A stretch of 64,000 nucleotides of DNA from Verrucomicrobiota bacterium (GCA_004321905.1 SCQF01000006.1:25410-89409), one strand, 5' to 3'; numbered from the stretch's first letter, positions 19,300-29,714 are shown. Numbers and translations are program-made. The notes: generated by a model from the sequence alone, not told the origin.

Positions 19300-21136
19300 T
19301 CGTGGCCGCCGGCATCGGTACCGGCTTAAGCCAGCCCTTAGTCAGCAGCATTGCAGCCTCGGCGTCCAGCACAAAAACAAGATCCTGCCCTCGCACCATC
19401 GCATAGTGCCCACCCGCCACCACTGCGCCAATCACGACGGTTTTGGACAAGCTAGCGTCGCCCTTGACGCCAAGTGTCAGGGAAAATTCCGGCTGTGCCA
19501 ACCCGAATGGGACAAGGTCTTTGGCGTCCTCAGCCACCAACCGCTGCGCTTGGAGATTACAGAAAGCGTTCAACACGGCATGGATCTGTTCCTTGTCGGC
19601 GATACCCTTGACCGGCGCTACGACCGCAAAATCGTTGGTGACAGTCGCACGCTCCACGACCTGCGTCACACCCTCATGCGCCAACGCCAGCTTCAGGACG
19701 TCGCCGCTATAAAGATTCAGAATCTCGCGCCCACGGAAGGCTAACGGATCCACCGTCAGATTGGTGATGGCAGCACCGGGAATTTCATACGGCGTGGCTT
19801 CATGCTCCAGCCGGACGGCGACGTGACCACCAGTACGCGTCAAGCCGCTCACCAGTATCGTTTGTTCCTTCTCGCCGGGCGCAACAGCCTTTTGCATACC
19901 GCCGCCAACAGACTCCGTGCCCGCTTTGAGCAACGTCACCCGCCAAGCTGGTTCCGCCAAGCCCAGTGCCACCGGATTGGCCGTGGCCTGATCAAGAAAA
20001 TCTTCGATTTTCACACCTGTGATCTGCGTCAGAAAATCCTGCACGCGCTGACTATCGGCCTTGGACGGACGCGGCTGCACAATACTCCAGTTGCCGTTGG
20101 CCGCCTTTTTTAACTCCAGCGTTTTCTCGCCCTGCTGTAGTTTCAACCCGGCCACATCATAGGACGAAAACGTGAGCAACCGGCGGTCGCGCAGCTCGTT
20201 GAGCTTGATGCTCACCTTGGCCAGCGTCACAGTGCTGACCGCATACACAGATTTTTCCGGCGGCGTGGCGGCATAGACCAGCGCCGCATTGATGCCAGCC
20301 GGCTTGCCAATGAGCAACACTTGCTCGCTGATTTTGTCACCGGCATTGACGGTGATCTTGGTGGCGTTTTCATCAAGTCCATACGCCGTAAAATCCGCCA
20401 CGCCGTCACGGGCAAACTGGTCAACCTTCCAATCGAAGAGGGCATCGAGCACGCCTTGCACGGCCGGGCGGTCGGCGCGCGCCAGCAAGGGCTGTTGAAT
20501 TTGCCAGTCGCCCTTGTCATTTTTGGCGAGTTGAACCAATCGCCCACCGCCGCGCAGATCAAGCCGCTTCACGTCGAACGCGGAGCCGCTGAACAGCGCA
20601 CGATCACGCAACGCCACCGCATTCGTCGGAAAACTGTTGGTCACCGCCGCATCGGTCGCCACGATGTCGGCATGCGCGTTGTCTTTGACGTAAAGGGCGT
20701 CGCCCACCGGGGCGGTGCGGCCAAACAACACCGTTTGCTTGCGTCCACCAAGCTCGAGCGCCAGCGCGCAACGTGCCGGCTCCAACCCATAATCCGCAAG
20801 CTGCGCGTTCCGTTGAGTCCGATCCTGCGCGCTGATGATCTCACCACGTTTCATTTCGGCCAGCCCGGAAAGCAGCCGATCCACGGCCGCGGCATCGGCG
20901 CGCGCGGCAACCGGCGCCGTGATGCGCCACTTGTCGTTTTGCTTCGCGCAGGTCACCACCGGATTCGTACCCGCCACAAACGTGAAGCCCGTCACCTGCC
21001 CCTGCTCAATTTTCAACGCCTTGCGCGCAGCCTCTTCGCGCTGCTTGGTCGTCTCGCCTTTCCGCTCGACCCCCACAATCCAAGCGCCCAGCCCCAAGGC
21101 CACCAGCAACAAAATTACCGTTGTACGTGGATTCAT
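19241..21136 (-). CDS. DUF4340 domain protein (partner of GldG-like ABC auxiliary component)
   Basis: Signal/TM sequence MNPRTTVILLLVALGLGAW and repeated beta-rich domains. Its ATG overlaps the stop of the upstream GldG-like gene, typical of the GldG-DUF4340 pairing. Confidence 0.5.
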   Translation of the reverse strand: MNPRTTVILLLVALGLGAWIVGVERKGETTKQREEAARKALKIEQGQVTGFTFVAGTNPVVTCAKQNDKWRITAPVAARADAAAVDRLLSGLAEMKRGEIISAQDRTQRNAQLADYGLEPARCALALELGGRKQTVLFGRTAPVGDALYVKDNAHADIVATDAAVTNSFPTNAVALRDRALFSGSAFDVKRLDLRGGGRLVQLAKNDKGDWQIQQPLLARADRPAVQGVLDALFDWKVDQFARDGVADFTAYGLDENATKITVNAGDKISEQVLLIGKPAGINAALVYAATPPEKSVYAVSTVTLAKVSIKLNELRDRRLLTFSSYDVAGLKLQQGEKTLELKKAANGNWSIVQPRPSKADSQRVQDFLTQITGVKIEDFLDQATANPVALGLAEPAWRVTLLKAGTESVGGGMQKAVAPGEKEQTILVSGLTRTGGHVAVRLEHEATPYEIPGAAITNLTVDPLAFRGREILNLYSGDVLKLALAHEGVTQVVERATVTNDFAVVAPVKGIADKEQIHAVLNAFCNLQAQRLVAEDAKDLVPFGLAQPEFSLTLGVKGDASLSKTVVIGAVVAGGHYAMVRGQDLVFVLDAEAAMLLTKGWLKPVPMPAATNEAVRATTTTNAAGTGAGR

Positions 21137-21137
21137 C

Positions 21138-22688
21138 TCAAGCCCTCCTCCGCAGCCAAACCAAAAAGCCCAACACCGCCACCAACGCCGGCAGGCCGCC
21201 AATGGTGACCCACCCCAGCAAGCGCAGTTGGCTTTGATCCAACACCAAGCGATACTCCTCGACCGCCTTGGGCGCAATGGCCATCAATTCTTTGCGATCG
21301 AGCAGCCAATTCAGTGCGCTTTGCACCAGATCGGCGTTGCCGCCAATCAGCGCGCCATTGGCCAGAAAACTGGAATCGCCAAACACCACGAGCCGCATCG
21401 GCTTGATCTGCGTATCCAGCGCGCCCGGCGCCCCACCCTTCTCCACGGCCACCGCCACGCCCACCGGCCCTTTGTGATCCACGCCCGGATCGAAACGCAG
21501 CGGATTCTCGTTCGGATCAGTCTCGCCCCAGCCCTGCTCGGTACATTTGATGAGCGTCGTGACACGCGGCTTGTCCGGCGTGGCGTCCGCCCCCGGCGTC
21601 GCCTCCTCGATCGCCTCAACCGACCGCGGCAAATAAAGGATGGACGAAACACCGGTCAGCTTCTCAGTGATCGGATGGCGCTCATATTGCGTCACAAATA
21701 ATTCATTGCCGCTTAGCGTACGCGTCGGGTCCACCACCACATCGTCACCGACCTGCACGCCCCATTCCTTGAGTAACGGGGCCAGACCGGTGTCTGTCAG
21801 TGAGTCCAGCAGGAACAACACACGGCCGTTTTTGGTGATGAACTGCTTGACTTGCTCGACCTCCGCCGGCGCGAACCGCTTCTGCGGCCCGGCGATGACG
21901 AGCACATCGGCATCGGCGGGAATCGCTTTCTGCTCGCCCAGCGTCACTTTCGTGACCGTGGCATTATCGCGTTTGATCTCGCGGACCAGCGCGGAATAGC
22001 CCTTCGCCCGATCATAGCTCTCCGGATCGCGCTCACCATGGCCTTGCAGGAAATACACGGTGGGCACCTTCGCCTGCGTGATATTCAAGAGCGCCGAGGA
22101 GAACGCCTGCTCGCCCTTGAATCCGGTCTTGCGCGGCGGCGCGCCCATCTGCATCCCGGAATAATCCAGCTCCACGATGTCATCCGCCGTAACAAATTTA
22201 CTCCGCCCATTAGACTCGAACACCACCACGTTGGGCTTGCTGACCTGATACTTCTTCGCCAGCATTTCCGTTCGCGCCAAATCGCGGTCGGGGTCCACCT
22301 TCTGCACACGAATCAGCTTTGAAGCATCCTGATATTCCTTCAGCAGGTTATCCACATCCTCATAGATATCCTGTCCCGGCTGGAAGAACACGATGACGTC
22401 CACCGCGTTCGTCAAGCTTTTGAGCAAACCCTGCGTTTTGTCCGAAAGCTGATAGAGCTTGTTCCGGCTCACGTCGGTGTGCTGGTAGTGTCGGAAACTC
22501 ATGTAGTTGATCATCCCGAAGATCACGACCGCCAGCGTCAACGCGACACCGGTGTTCAGCGAGATGGCAAATTTGAGTTTACGGCTCTGGCGCGTGGATT
22601 TTTCGGCCGCCGATGCGCCGGGTTTCCCAGGGTTGGAAACCGTATCGCTCTGTTTTTCCAAGGCTTGGAAATTTTTGTTTTCCGTCAT
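21138..22688 (-). CDS. GldG-like ABC transport auxiliary component
   Basis: 516 aa with N- and C-terminal TM helices and the position directly after an ABC-2 permease and ABC ATPase. The N-terminal 30 codons (MTENKNFQALEKQSDTVSNPGKP) translate the palindromic element, so the true start is uncertain. Confidence 0.55.
   Translation of the reverse strand: MTENKNFQALEKQSDTVSNPGKPGASAAEKSTRQSRKLKFAISLNTGVALTLAVVIFGMINYMSFRHYQHTDVSRNKLYQLSDKTQGLLKSLTNAVDVIVFFQPGQDIYEDVDNLLKEYQDASKLIRVQKVDPDRDLARTEMLAKKYQVSKPNVVVFESNGRSKFVTADDIVELDYSGMQMGAPPRKTGFKGEQAFSSALLNITQAKVPTVYFLQGHGERDPESYDRAKGYSALVREIKRDNATVTKVTLGEQKAIPADADVLVIAGPQKRFAPAEVEQVKQFITKNGRVLFLLDSLTDTGLAPLLKEWGVQVGDDVVVDPTRTLSGNELFVTQYERHPITEKLTGVSSILYLPRSVEAIEEATPGADATPDKPRVTTLIKCTEQGWGETDPNENPLRFDPGVDHKGPVGVAVAVEKGGAPGALDTQIKPMRLVVFGDSSFLANGALIGGNADLVQSALNWLLDRKELMAIAPKAVEEYRLVLDQSQLRLLGWVTIGGLPALVAVLGFLVWLRRRA
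22621..22676. repeat. paired palindromic element at 5-prime end of GldG-like gene
   Basis: GGTTTCCCAGGGTTGGAAACC, 11-bp spacer, then TTTTTCCAAGGCTTGGAAATTTTT. Confidence 0.8.
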
Positions 22689-22698
22689 GGTTTTTTCC

Positions 22699-23445
22699 TC
22701 ATTTCCACTTGCGGGCTTCGACGAGTTTGATGGCGAGGAACAACATCAGCGCCGCACCGCTGAGATAGAACACCACCGGTCGCGTATCCACCACGCCGCG
22801 CACAAAATCACGCATATGCGCGAGCGAGCAGAAGTAATTGGCGATCTCGCGCACCGTGTCCACGCGCGCAATGAAAGCGATGAAGCCGCCGAAGAACAGC
22901 ACGCACAACAACGCAAAACAGACGATTGCCGCGACGATCTGATTGCGCGTCATCGCCGAACACATCAGGCCGATGGCGAGATAGAACGCGCCGATGAGCA
23001 GCGTGCCGAGGTAACTGGCCGCAATCGGGCCGAGGTCCGGCGGTGCAGCCAGCGGACTGAAGGCGCGTAAAACCACCACATAGAGGATGGTCGGCGCCCA
23101 AATCATCATGTAGAAGGAGAGCGCACCAAAATATTTGGCCAGCACGACGGCGGCATCGCTCACCGGCGCGGTCATCAGCGTCTCAATGGTGCCGCTGCGC
23201 TTTTCCTCGGCGAAGAGCCGCATGGTCAGCACCGGCACGAGCGTCAGCGTGGTTATCCAAAAAAAGAAGCTGTCGAACAACTCCCGCATGATCGAAACAC
23301 CCGCAACGCCCTGCGCCAGGACGTTGGCCAGCAGCCAGAAGCTGAAACCCATGATGACGAGAAAAAACATCATCATCACATAGGCGATGGGCGAGAGGAA
23401 ATAGGCGGCGATTTCCCGCCGCCACAAAGTGAAAAATGCGCTCAT
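22699..23445 (-). CDS. ABC-2 family transporter permease (GldF-like)
   Basis: 248 aa, six TM helices. Confidence 0.65.
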   Translation of the reverse strand: MSAFFTLWRREIAAYFLSPIAYVMMMFFLVIMGFSFWLLANVLAQGVAGVSIMRELFDSFFFWITTLTLVPVLTMRLFAEEKRSGTIETLMTAPVSDAAVVLAKYFGALSFYMMIWAPTILYVVVLRAFSPLAAPPDLGPIAASYLGTLLIGAFYLAIGLMCSAMTRNQIVAAIVCFALLCVLFFGGFIAFIARVDTVREIANYFCSLAHMRDFVRGVVDTRPVVFYLSGAALMLFLAIKLVEARKWK

Positions 23446-24389
23446 TTGACCTCCTGTTCCACGCGCGTCAGCGCCACGAAAATATCTTCCAGACTTTGCT
23501 TCTCCTGCCGCAACTCACGCAGCGTCCAGCCACTGCGCGCCGCCGCCTCGAACACCAGCGGACGGACGTCCTCGGCGCCACATTCCATGCGAAAGCGCGT
23601 CCAACCATCCTCGGCCTCCGTCGTCACGCGCGTGACGCCCGGCAATTTATAAAGTTCCTGTGCCACATTATTTTTGGCGCCACGCATTTCGGCGACAATC
23701 TCGCGCCCGCCTTGCAACCGCGTGCGTAACTTGTCGGGCGTGTCCGACGCCACGATTTTGCCGCGGTTGATGATCAGCACACGCTGGCAGGTCATCTCCA
23801 CTTCCGGCAGGATGTGCGTCGAAAGCAAGACCGTGTGACGCGCCGCCAGGTTTTTGATCACATCACGTACGTGCCGGATTTGGTTGGGATCGAGACCAAT
23901 GGTCGGCTCGTCGAGAATAACAAGTTCCGGATCGTGCACCAACGCATCGGCCATACCGACGCGCTGGCGATAACCCTTGGAAAGCTGACCCACGATGCGC
24001 CGGCCGACGTCCGTCAGCCCGCACAATTCCTTGACCTCGTTGACGCGCTGACGCCGCCGCTGGCCACCGACGCCCTTGAGCGCGGCACGATAGCTGAGAT
24101 ATTCATCCACGCGCATTTCAGGATAGAGCGGTGTGCTTTCCGGCAGATAGCCGATGCGCCGCCGCACTTCCAGCGAATGTCGGAAGACGTCGAAGCCGGC
24201 GACTTTCGCCGCGCCACCCGACGCCGGCAGATAGCACGACAAAATACGCAACGTCGTGGATTTCCCCGCTCCGTTCGGGCCAAGAAAGCCGACAATCTCG
24301 CCTTTCTTGACCTCAAAAGAAACATCGTCCACCGCCGTACAACCGGCGTAACGCTTGGTCAGATTCTTCACTTCAATCATGTTGTCCAT
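23442..24389 (-). CDS. ABC transporter ATP-binding protein (GldA-like)
   Basis: Walker A GPNGAGKST, signature LSKGYRQRV, Walker B ILDEPT. Confidence 0.85.
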   Translation of the reverse strand: MDNMIEVKNLTKRYAGCTAVDDVSFEVKKGEIVGFLGPNGAGKSTTLRILSCYLPASGGAAKVAGFDVFRHSLEVRRRIGYLPESTPLYPEMRVDEYLSYRAALKGVGGQRRRQRVNEVKELCGLTDVGRRIVGQLSKGYRQRVGMADALVHDPELVILDEPTIGLDPNQIRHVRDVIKNLAARHTVLLSTHILPEVEMTCQRVLIINRGKIVASDTPDKLRTRLQGGREIVAEMRGAKNNVAQELYKLPGVTRVTTEAEDGWTRFRMECGAEDVRPLVFEAAARSGWTLRELRQEKQSLEDIFVALTRVEQEVK

Positions 24390-24407
24390 GACATTCCCAC
24401 CTCCAGC

Positions 24408-25796
24408 TTACTTTCCACTTTGCACCGTCACCACTGCGCTCTGCGTAATCAAAAAGCCTTGCTGCTCACGCACGCTTACCACACCCAACGTCACCGGCGC
24501 ACCCCGCGCCACATTTTCCAAGGCCGCACCAACGTCATCCAACGTTGCCACGTCCACATTGTTGATCCGCTCGACAATCAGTCCCGGCGGCAACCCGGCG
24601 CGCTGGGCCGGACCATTCGTGCTGGTGAGCGTAATCGCCAGACCATGCCGCGCCAGCACTGCCGCGCCCGGAATCTCCGCGAGCGGCTTCAGTTCCAAGC
24701 CCAACAACGACCGCGCGAGCTTCATGCCGTCAGGCTTGGGCAACATGACCAGACGCGCGATGACTTCGTTCGTCACATTACCGTGCGCCACGCCCAACCG
24801 CACCGGATAACCCGCCTGGAGTGCCAGCAGCGCATGATGGTAACCAAACAGCGTCGCCACCGGCTTGCGGTTGACAGTCGTGACGACGTCGCCCTCAGCC
24901 ACCATGCCCTGCGACAGTTTCAAATCCGGTGCCACCTGCGTCACCAGCAATTTTTCGTCGCGCGGCGCAACCTCAAAACCGAGCGTCGCCTTCTTGAGCA
25001 ATCGTGGCGCGAGCCAGCGCCCCAGCAATTCCCGCGCACGCTTCACCGGTAAAGCAAATCCGATATTCTGCGCTTCTTGATAAATCGCCACATTCAGCCC
25101 CATCAACTGCCCGTCCAGATTCAGCAGCGGACCGCCAGAGCTGCCGGGATTCACCGCGGCATCGGTCTGGAGAATGTCCTTATACAGCACCTTGTCGCCA
25201 TAACGCGCCTCGCGGTTCTTCGCCGAAAGCACGCCCACCGTCACCGAATGCCCCAGCCCGAACGGATTACCGAGCGCGATCACCGTTTCGCCGAGTAGCG
25301 CATCGTCATCAGCCGCAAATTCCACCGCCGTCAGTGGTGCGGCCGGCTCAATTTTGATCAACGCCAGATCGTTGATCGGATCGCCCGCCAGAAATACCGC
25401 CGGATACGCATGTCCATCGGCCAGCGTCACCTGAATCTTCGACGCGCGCTCGATCACGTGGAAGTTGGTCAGGATATAACCCAGCGGATCAATGATCACG
25501 CCCGACCCCAGTGAATGACTCAACCGATATTCTGGCTGCATCTGCCGTTCATAGAAGTCGCGAAAGAACTGATCGAACATCTCGCCTCGAAACTGCTGCA
25601 GCGGATCGGCGTGCTGCACCTTGACCAATTTTTCGGTACCGATATTGACGACGCTCGGCAGCGCTTTTTCCACCGCCTCGACCACCGGCGTACGGCGATT
25701 CGCCGCCACAGCCGACCACGCGACGCACAAACTCAATAGCCAAAGAACACAGAGCCTACGGCTCCACACCTGGACAAATTGGACACGACTTTTCAT
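24408..25796 (-). CDS. htrA: Do/DegP/HtrA family serine endoprotease with PDZ domains
   Basis: Signal peptide, catalytic His/Asp, GNSGGPL-type active site (VNPGSSGGPLLNLDGQLMGLN), and two PDZ-like regions. Confidence 0.85.
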   Translation of the reverse strand: MKSRVQFVQVWSRRLCVLWLLSLCVAWSAVAANRRTPVVEAVEKALPSVVNIGTEKLVKVQHADPLQQFRGEMFDQFFRDFYERQMQPEYRLSHSLGSGVIIDPLGYILTNFHVIERASKIQVTLADGHAYPAVFLAGDPINDLALIKIEPAAPLTAVEFAADDDALLGETVIALGNPFGLGHSVTVGVLSAKNREARYGDKVLYKDILQTDAAVNPGSSGGPLLNLDGQLMGLNVAIYQEAQNIGFALPVKRARELLGRWLAPRLLKKATLGFEVAPRDEKLLVTQVAPDLKLSQGMVAEGDVVTTVNRKPVATLFGYHHALLALQAGYPVRLGVAHGNVTNEVIARLVMLPKPDGMKLARSLLGLELKPLAEIPGAAVLARHGLAITLTSTNGPAQRAGLPPGLIVERINNVDVATLDDVGAALENVARGAPVTLGVVSVREQQGFLITQSAVVTVQSGK

Positions 25797-25878
25797 TTTG
25801 CGTTCAAAAATATTTTTTGCGTTCTCAACCGCCGCGGGGCTGGTATTATGCTGGTGAAGTTCAGGGAGTCAAGGGGCG

Positions 25879-27363
25879 ATGCGTGCCAAACACGAAGCAA
25901 AAATAGTGTCAGCCAAGGCTGTTCCAAGCCTTGGAAAAACCACCCTTCCCGTTTTCCAACCCTTGGAAAACAAAAAGGATTCTTGTGGGCGGGAGTTCCA
26001 ACTCCCGCGCCGAGAAGAACGAATCTTCTCTGAGCGACATCTACAATGTGTCTGGTTCGACGCCGAGCTGCGTCCGCCGAATCTCGTCACCGCGCAGGGC
26101 GAAGCGATTGAGGTCGAATCGCCCGGCGTCTGGAACCTCGAAGCCGGCCCGGATTTTCTCGGCGCGGCGTTGCGCCTTGGCCCGGAGCGCCGCCGCGTCA
26201 CCGGCGATGTCGAAATCCACATTCACCCCGCCGACTGGCAGGCGCACGGCCATAGCACCGAGCCGCGCTATGACCGCGTCCGCTTCCACGTCACGTTTTT
26301 TCCCGGCATCGCCGACTTACCGCCGAACGTCACGCACATTGCCTTACGCGACGCACTGGCCGCCCAACCACGCTTTGCTTTCGAGAGTATTGACCTGACC
26401 GCCTATCCGTATGGCGTGCGCTCGCCTGCCCCGCCCTGCGGTGTGGCGTTGCAAAACTGGACGCCCGACGACCGTGAAGCGTGGCTCGCTTCCGCAGGCG
26501 AAACTCGACTCCGCCAACGTGCCGAGCGAATCGCGCGCGCCATCGCGAAACGCGGGCCCGACCAAGTCATCTACGAAGAAGTCATGGCCGCACTCGGCTA
26601 CAAACAAAATCAGGGCGCGTTCCGACGCCTCGCCGAAGCGGTGCCGCTGGCGACGTTGCGCGCCGAAGCCAACGGCCAAGCCGACATCGCCTACGCCCTG
26701 CTCGCTGGCGTGGCCGGTCTGTTGCCCAGCCAACTCGCCGCCCGCATGGACGAGGAATCGCGCACGTTTGTGCGCGGCTTGTGGGATGCGTGGTGGAAAC
26801 GACGCGAGCGTTTTACCGGCGCTATACTCGCCGCCGATGCGTGGCGACTTTCCGGCCTGCGTCCGCTGAATCATCCACTGCGCCGGCTGGCCGCCGCGGC
26901 GGTACTTTTCACCGCACCGCGTTCGCTCGCCGAAGTCTGGACCGAACTGGCCGCAAAATTTCCCAACGATTGCCTGGCCCCTGCACACGCGCATCTGCTT
27001 GCCATGCGCCATCCGTTCTGGGATTACCACCTGACGCTGACCGGCAAGCGCACCGCTAAACCCACCGCGTTGCTTGGCGAAGCGCGCGCCGACGCGATTC
27101 TGATCAACGACTTTGTGCCGTTCCTCGCCGCACAACACAGCCGCGCAACGTTCGCCCCGGAACTGCTCGCACAGTTGCCAACGGAGCAAGATAACGCCGT
27201 GCTACGCGAAACCGCCTTCGCCCTGTTTGGTCGCGACGCACCAAACTCGCTCCTCCGCGACGGCCTCCGCCGCCAAGGCCTGCTCCACATCTTCCACACC
27301 TACTGCCTGAACGACCGCTCCCGCTGCGCCACCTGTCCTTTGCCGGACATGTTGCAGAAATGA
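25879..27363 (+). CDS. DUF2851 family protein
   Basis: 494 aa. ERHLQCVWFD...NLEAGPDFLGA... is characteristic of DUF2851. The N-terminal ~30 codons translate the palindromic element, so the start is uncertain. Confidence 0.5.
   Translation: MRAKHEAKIVSAKAVPSLGKTTLPVFQPLENKKDSCGREFQLPRREERIFSERHLQCVWFDAELRPPNLVTAQGEAIEVESPGVWNLEAGPDFLGAALRLGPERRRVTGDVEIHIHPADWQAHGHSTEPRYDRVRFHVTFFPGIADLPPNVTHIALRDALAAQPRFAFESIDLTAYPYGVRSPAPPCGVALQNWTPDDREAWLASAGETRLRQRAERIARAIAKRGPDQVIYEEVMAALGYKQNQGAFRRLAEAVPLATLRAEANGQADIAYALLAGVAGLLPSQLAARMDEESRTFVRGLWDAWWKRRERFTGAILAADAWRLSGLRPLNHPLRRLAAAAVLFTAPRSLAEVWTELAAKFPNDCLAPAHAHLLAMRHPFWDYHLTLTGKRTAKPTALLGEARADAILINDFVPFLAAQHSRATFAPELLAQLPTEQDNAVLRETAFALFGRDAPNSLLRDGLRRQGLLHIFHTYCLNDRSRCATCPLPDMLQK
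25920..25970. repeat. paired palindromic element, htrA / DUF2851 intergenic
   Basis: GTTCCAAGCCTTGGAAAAACC, 10-bp spacer, then TTTTCCAACCCTTGGAAAAC. Confidence 0.8.
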
Positions 27364-27372
27364 GGCTTTAGA

Positions 27373-27391
27373 TTTCCGAGACTTGGAAATT
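27373..27391. repeat. single degenerate palindromic element downstream of DUF2851 gene
   Basis: TTTCCGAGACTTGGAAATT. Confidence 0.5.
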
Positions 27392-27419
27392 CGACGCGCG
27401 AAAGGATTTTACTTCTGCT

Positions 27420-27447
27420 GTGGGCGGGGCTGGAAAGCCCCGCCCAC
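27420..27447. terminator. perfect GC-rich hairpin downstream of DUF2851 gene
   Basis: GTGGGCGGGGCT-GGAA-AGCCCCGCCCAC is a 12-bp perfect stem with a GGAA loop. No strong U-tract follows. Confidence 0.4.
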
Positions 27448-27616
27448 CAAGAGTACTGCTCATCAAGTCGGGCCACATTTTACCGGGATACTTATCACCA
27501 CAACCGGGGATTCTTTTGGGCGCGCCGCCACATTTCTTCAAGCAACAACTCGATCTACCCACACCTGCCTTGACCCGCTTATAAAGACGGCGCATTTTCT
27601 CCGCGGTAAATGAGAC

Positions 27617-27796
27617 ATGCGCGCATTTTTTTATAGTTTGACGATTCTCATAGCGCTACTCGCCGGGTGTCGCAATAATACGCCGGTGACGCCACTCTCA
27701 ATTTATATCGTGAGCCAAGAAAAAGCAGAAAACGTCCGATTCATTGACACGCCGGATTTCCCAAAATGGGTTACATCCATCCGACACCAGACTTAG
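27617..27796 (+). CDS. small putative lipoprotein (59 aa) in AT-rich island
   Basis: Manual translation gives MRAFFYSLTILIALLAGCRNNTPVTPLSIYIVSQEKAENVRFIDTPDFPKWVTSIRHQT, with a signal peptide plus LAGC lipobox. Below the ORF-track size cutoff; local GC about 45%. Confidence 0.3.
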   Translation: MRAFFYSLTILIALLAGCRNNTPVTPLSIYIVSQEKAENVRFIDTPDFPKWVTSIRHQT

Positions 27797-27920
27797 TTAT
27801 CACCAGATTGGAAGCAGTCGAAACGAATCCTGCTGGACAGATAGGGCAGGCGGATCGCCCGGGAGTTGTCATCATGTTGCGCCTAGAAGACGCCTAGAAA
27901 TTTGCGGCATTGCCTGAACA

Positions 27921-28166
27921 TTAGTTTTCCTGTTCGGGATCGAAGGGGATGGTGGAGACTTGGCCGTCTTTGGTCAGCAATAGCTCGATTTTCTTTTCCA
28001 CTTCGTTGAGTTTGGTCGAGCAGAATTTGACCAGCTTGGAGCCTTCCTCGAAATGGCTGATCATTTTTTCGAGCGTCAGCTTGCCACTCTCCATCTCGGC
28101 AACGATCTGTTCCACCCGCTCCAGCGCCTTCTCGAAGCTTTGGGTGGGTTCTGCGGTTTTGTCTGC
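27921..28166 (-). CDS. xseB: exodeoxyribonuclease VII small subunit
   Basis: Start MADKTAEPTQSFEKALERVEQIVAEMESGKLTLE... is XseB-typical. Confidence 0.75.
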   Translation of the reverse strand, partial: ADKTAEPTQSFEKALERVEQIVAEMESGKLTLEKMISHFEEGSKLVKFCSTKLNEVEKKIELLLTKDGQVSTIPFDPEQEN

Positions 28167-28284
28167 CATGATTATTCTCCTTTTGATGACGTCGTAGATG
28201 CGGCCTCCGGCCACATTCAGTCAAGCGACCGGAGGTCGCTTCTACGGTAGGGCGCGTTCTCTGAACGTGCCGAAAATTTTGTCT

Positions 28285-29589
28285 CTATCGAACATTCTCC
28301 TTCTTTGAAGCCGTCACTTCCGATTCCAAGCTACCGTGTGCCAAGCGGGTTTCCAGTTTCGTGCCGACCGGTGCCTCTGCGGCATCGCGAATGATCTTGC
28401 CATCCGCCGTGCGCGTTAAACTGAATCCGCGCTCCAGCACCGCCAGCGGGCTAAGCGCGCGCAGATGATCTTCCAGACGCCGGACATCCTGCGTACGCGC
28501 ACCGCGCCACAACTCCAACCGATGGGTCAAGCGCAGGCCGAATTCATCCACCTGCTGGCTGCGTTGCTGCACGATGTCGCGCAAGTCGTTGGCCATCGCC
28601 GTGCGGAGCGCCTCCAAGCGGTCGCGTAGACGACGGATAATATTCTGCGGTTCGCGGAACACATAACTGCCGGCGACGGCAGTCAGGCGGTTACGCAATT
28701 CCAGCATCTGCGTTTTGAGTGCACGCGCCAACCGCGCGCCGCTCTGCCGCAATTGCTCCTCAAATGCCTCTTTATTGCCCACGAGTAGTTCTGCCGCCGC
28801 GCTCGGCGTCGGCGCGCGTAGATCGGCGACGAAGTCGCTGATCGTGAAATCAATTTCGTGGCCGACCGCCGAAATCACCGGAATTCGCGAACGCGCGATG
28901 GCGCGGGCGACGACTTCTTCGTTGAAGCACCACAAATCTTCCAAGCTACCGCCGCCGCGCCCGATGATCAGCACATCTAATCCGCCGCGCGCATTGAGCA
29001 GGTCAATCGCAGCGGCAATTTCCTGTCCCGCATCGTCGCCTTGGACACGAACCGGCGCGATGAGGATGTGTAAATTAGGAAAACGACGGTTGAGAATGTT
29101 CAGAATGTCGCGGATCGCCGCGCCGCTCGGGCTGGTGACAATGCCGATGTGCTGTGGCAGCAATGGCAGCGGCTTTTTGCGCTCCGGCGCAAAGAGGCCC
29201 TCGGCGGCGAGCTTCTTCCTCAGCACCTCGAACTGCTCCTGCAAACTGCCCTTCCCCGCTTCCTCGACGCGGCGGACGATGATCTGGCACTGGCCGGATT
29301 TTTCGTAGGCGGTGATCTGCCCATAGGCGCGGATTTTCAGGCCATCGCGCAAGTCCAAACGCAAACCAAGCTGGCTGCCACGAAACAGGACGGCGGCAAG
29401 TTGCGCCTCGGCGTCTTTAAGCGTGAAGTAAAGATGCCCGGAGGTCGGTTTCCGAAGGTTGGAAAGCTCGCCTTCGATCCAAACCATGCCGAACTCGTTT
29501 TCGAGCGCGGCCTTGATCATCCGGGTGAGTTCGGAAACCTGATAAATCTTCCGGCTGTCCGCGACGGTAGATGTGATTTCGCTCTTCAT
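28285..29589 (-). CDS. xseA: exodeoxyribonuclease VII large subunit
   Basis: OB-fold N-terminus (YQVSELTRMIKAALENEFGMVWIEGELSN) and central catalytic region. Start likely MKSEITST. Confidence 0.8.
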   Translation of the reverse strand: MKSEITSTVADSRKIYQVSELTRMIKAALENEFGMVWIEGELSNLRKPTSGHLYFTLKDAEAQLAAVLFRGSQLGLRLDLRDGLKIRAYGQITAYEKSGQCQIIVRRVEEAGKGSLQEQFEVLRKKLAAEGLFAPERKKPLPLLPQHIGIVTSPSGAAIRDILNILNRRFPNLHILIAPVRVQGDDAGQEIAAAIDLLNARGGLDVLIIGRGGGSLEDLWCFNEEVVARAIARSRIPVISAVGHEIDFTISDFVADLRAPTPSAAAELLVGNKEAFEEQLRQSGARLARALKTQMLELRNRLTAVAGSYVFREPQNIIRRLRDRLEALRTAMANDLRDIVQQRSQQVDEFGLRLTHRLELWRGARTQDVRRLEDHLRALSPLAVLERGFSLTRTADGKIIRDAAEAPVGTKLETRLAHGSLESEVTASKKENVR

Positions 29590-29600
29590 GGAATTCGCCA

Positions 29601-29662
29601 GGTAGGAGCCCGGCCCCGCCGGGCGATAACCCCCCAATCGCCCAGCGGGGCTGGGCTCCTAC
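29601..29662. repeat. GTAG-type REP-like long imperfect hairpin (left flank of RAYT)
   Basis: GTAGGAGCCCGGCCCCGCCGGGCGAT..ATCGCCCAGCGGGGCTGGGCTCCTAC is a near-perfect ~26-bp inverted repeat that begins with GTAG. Confidence 0.5.
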
Positions 29663-29714
29663 AAAGATTTGCTCTATTTCTCATCCCACCGTTCATAACC
29701 CAAAAAATTTCTGT

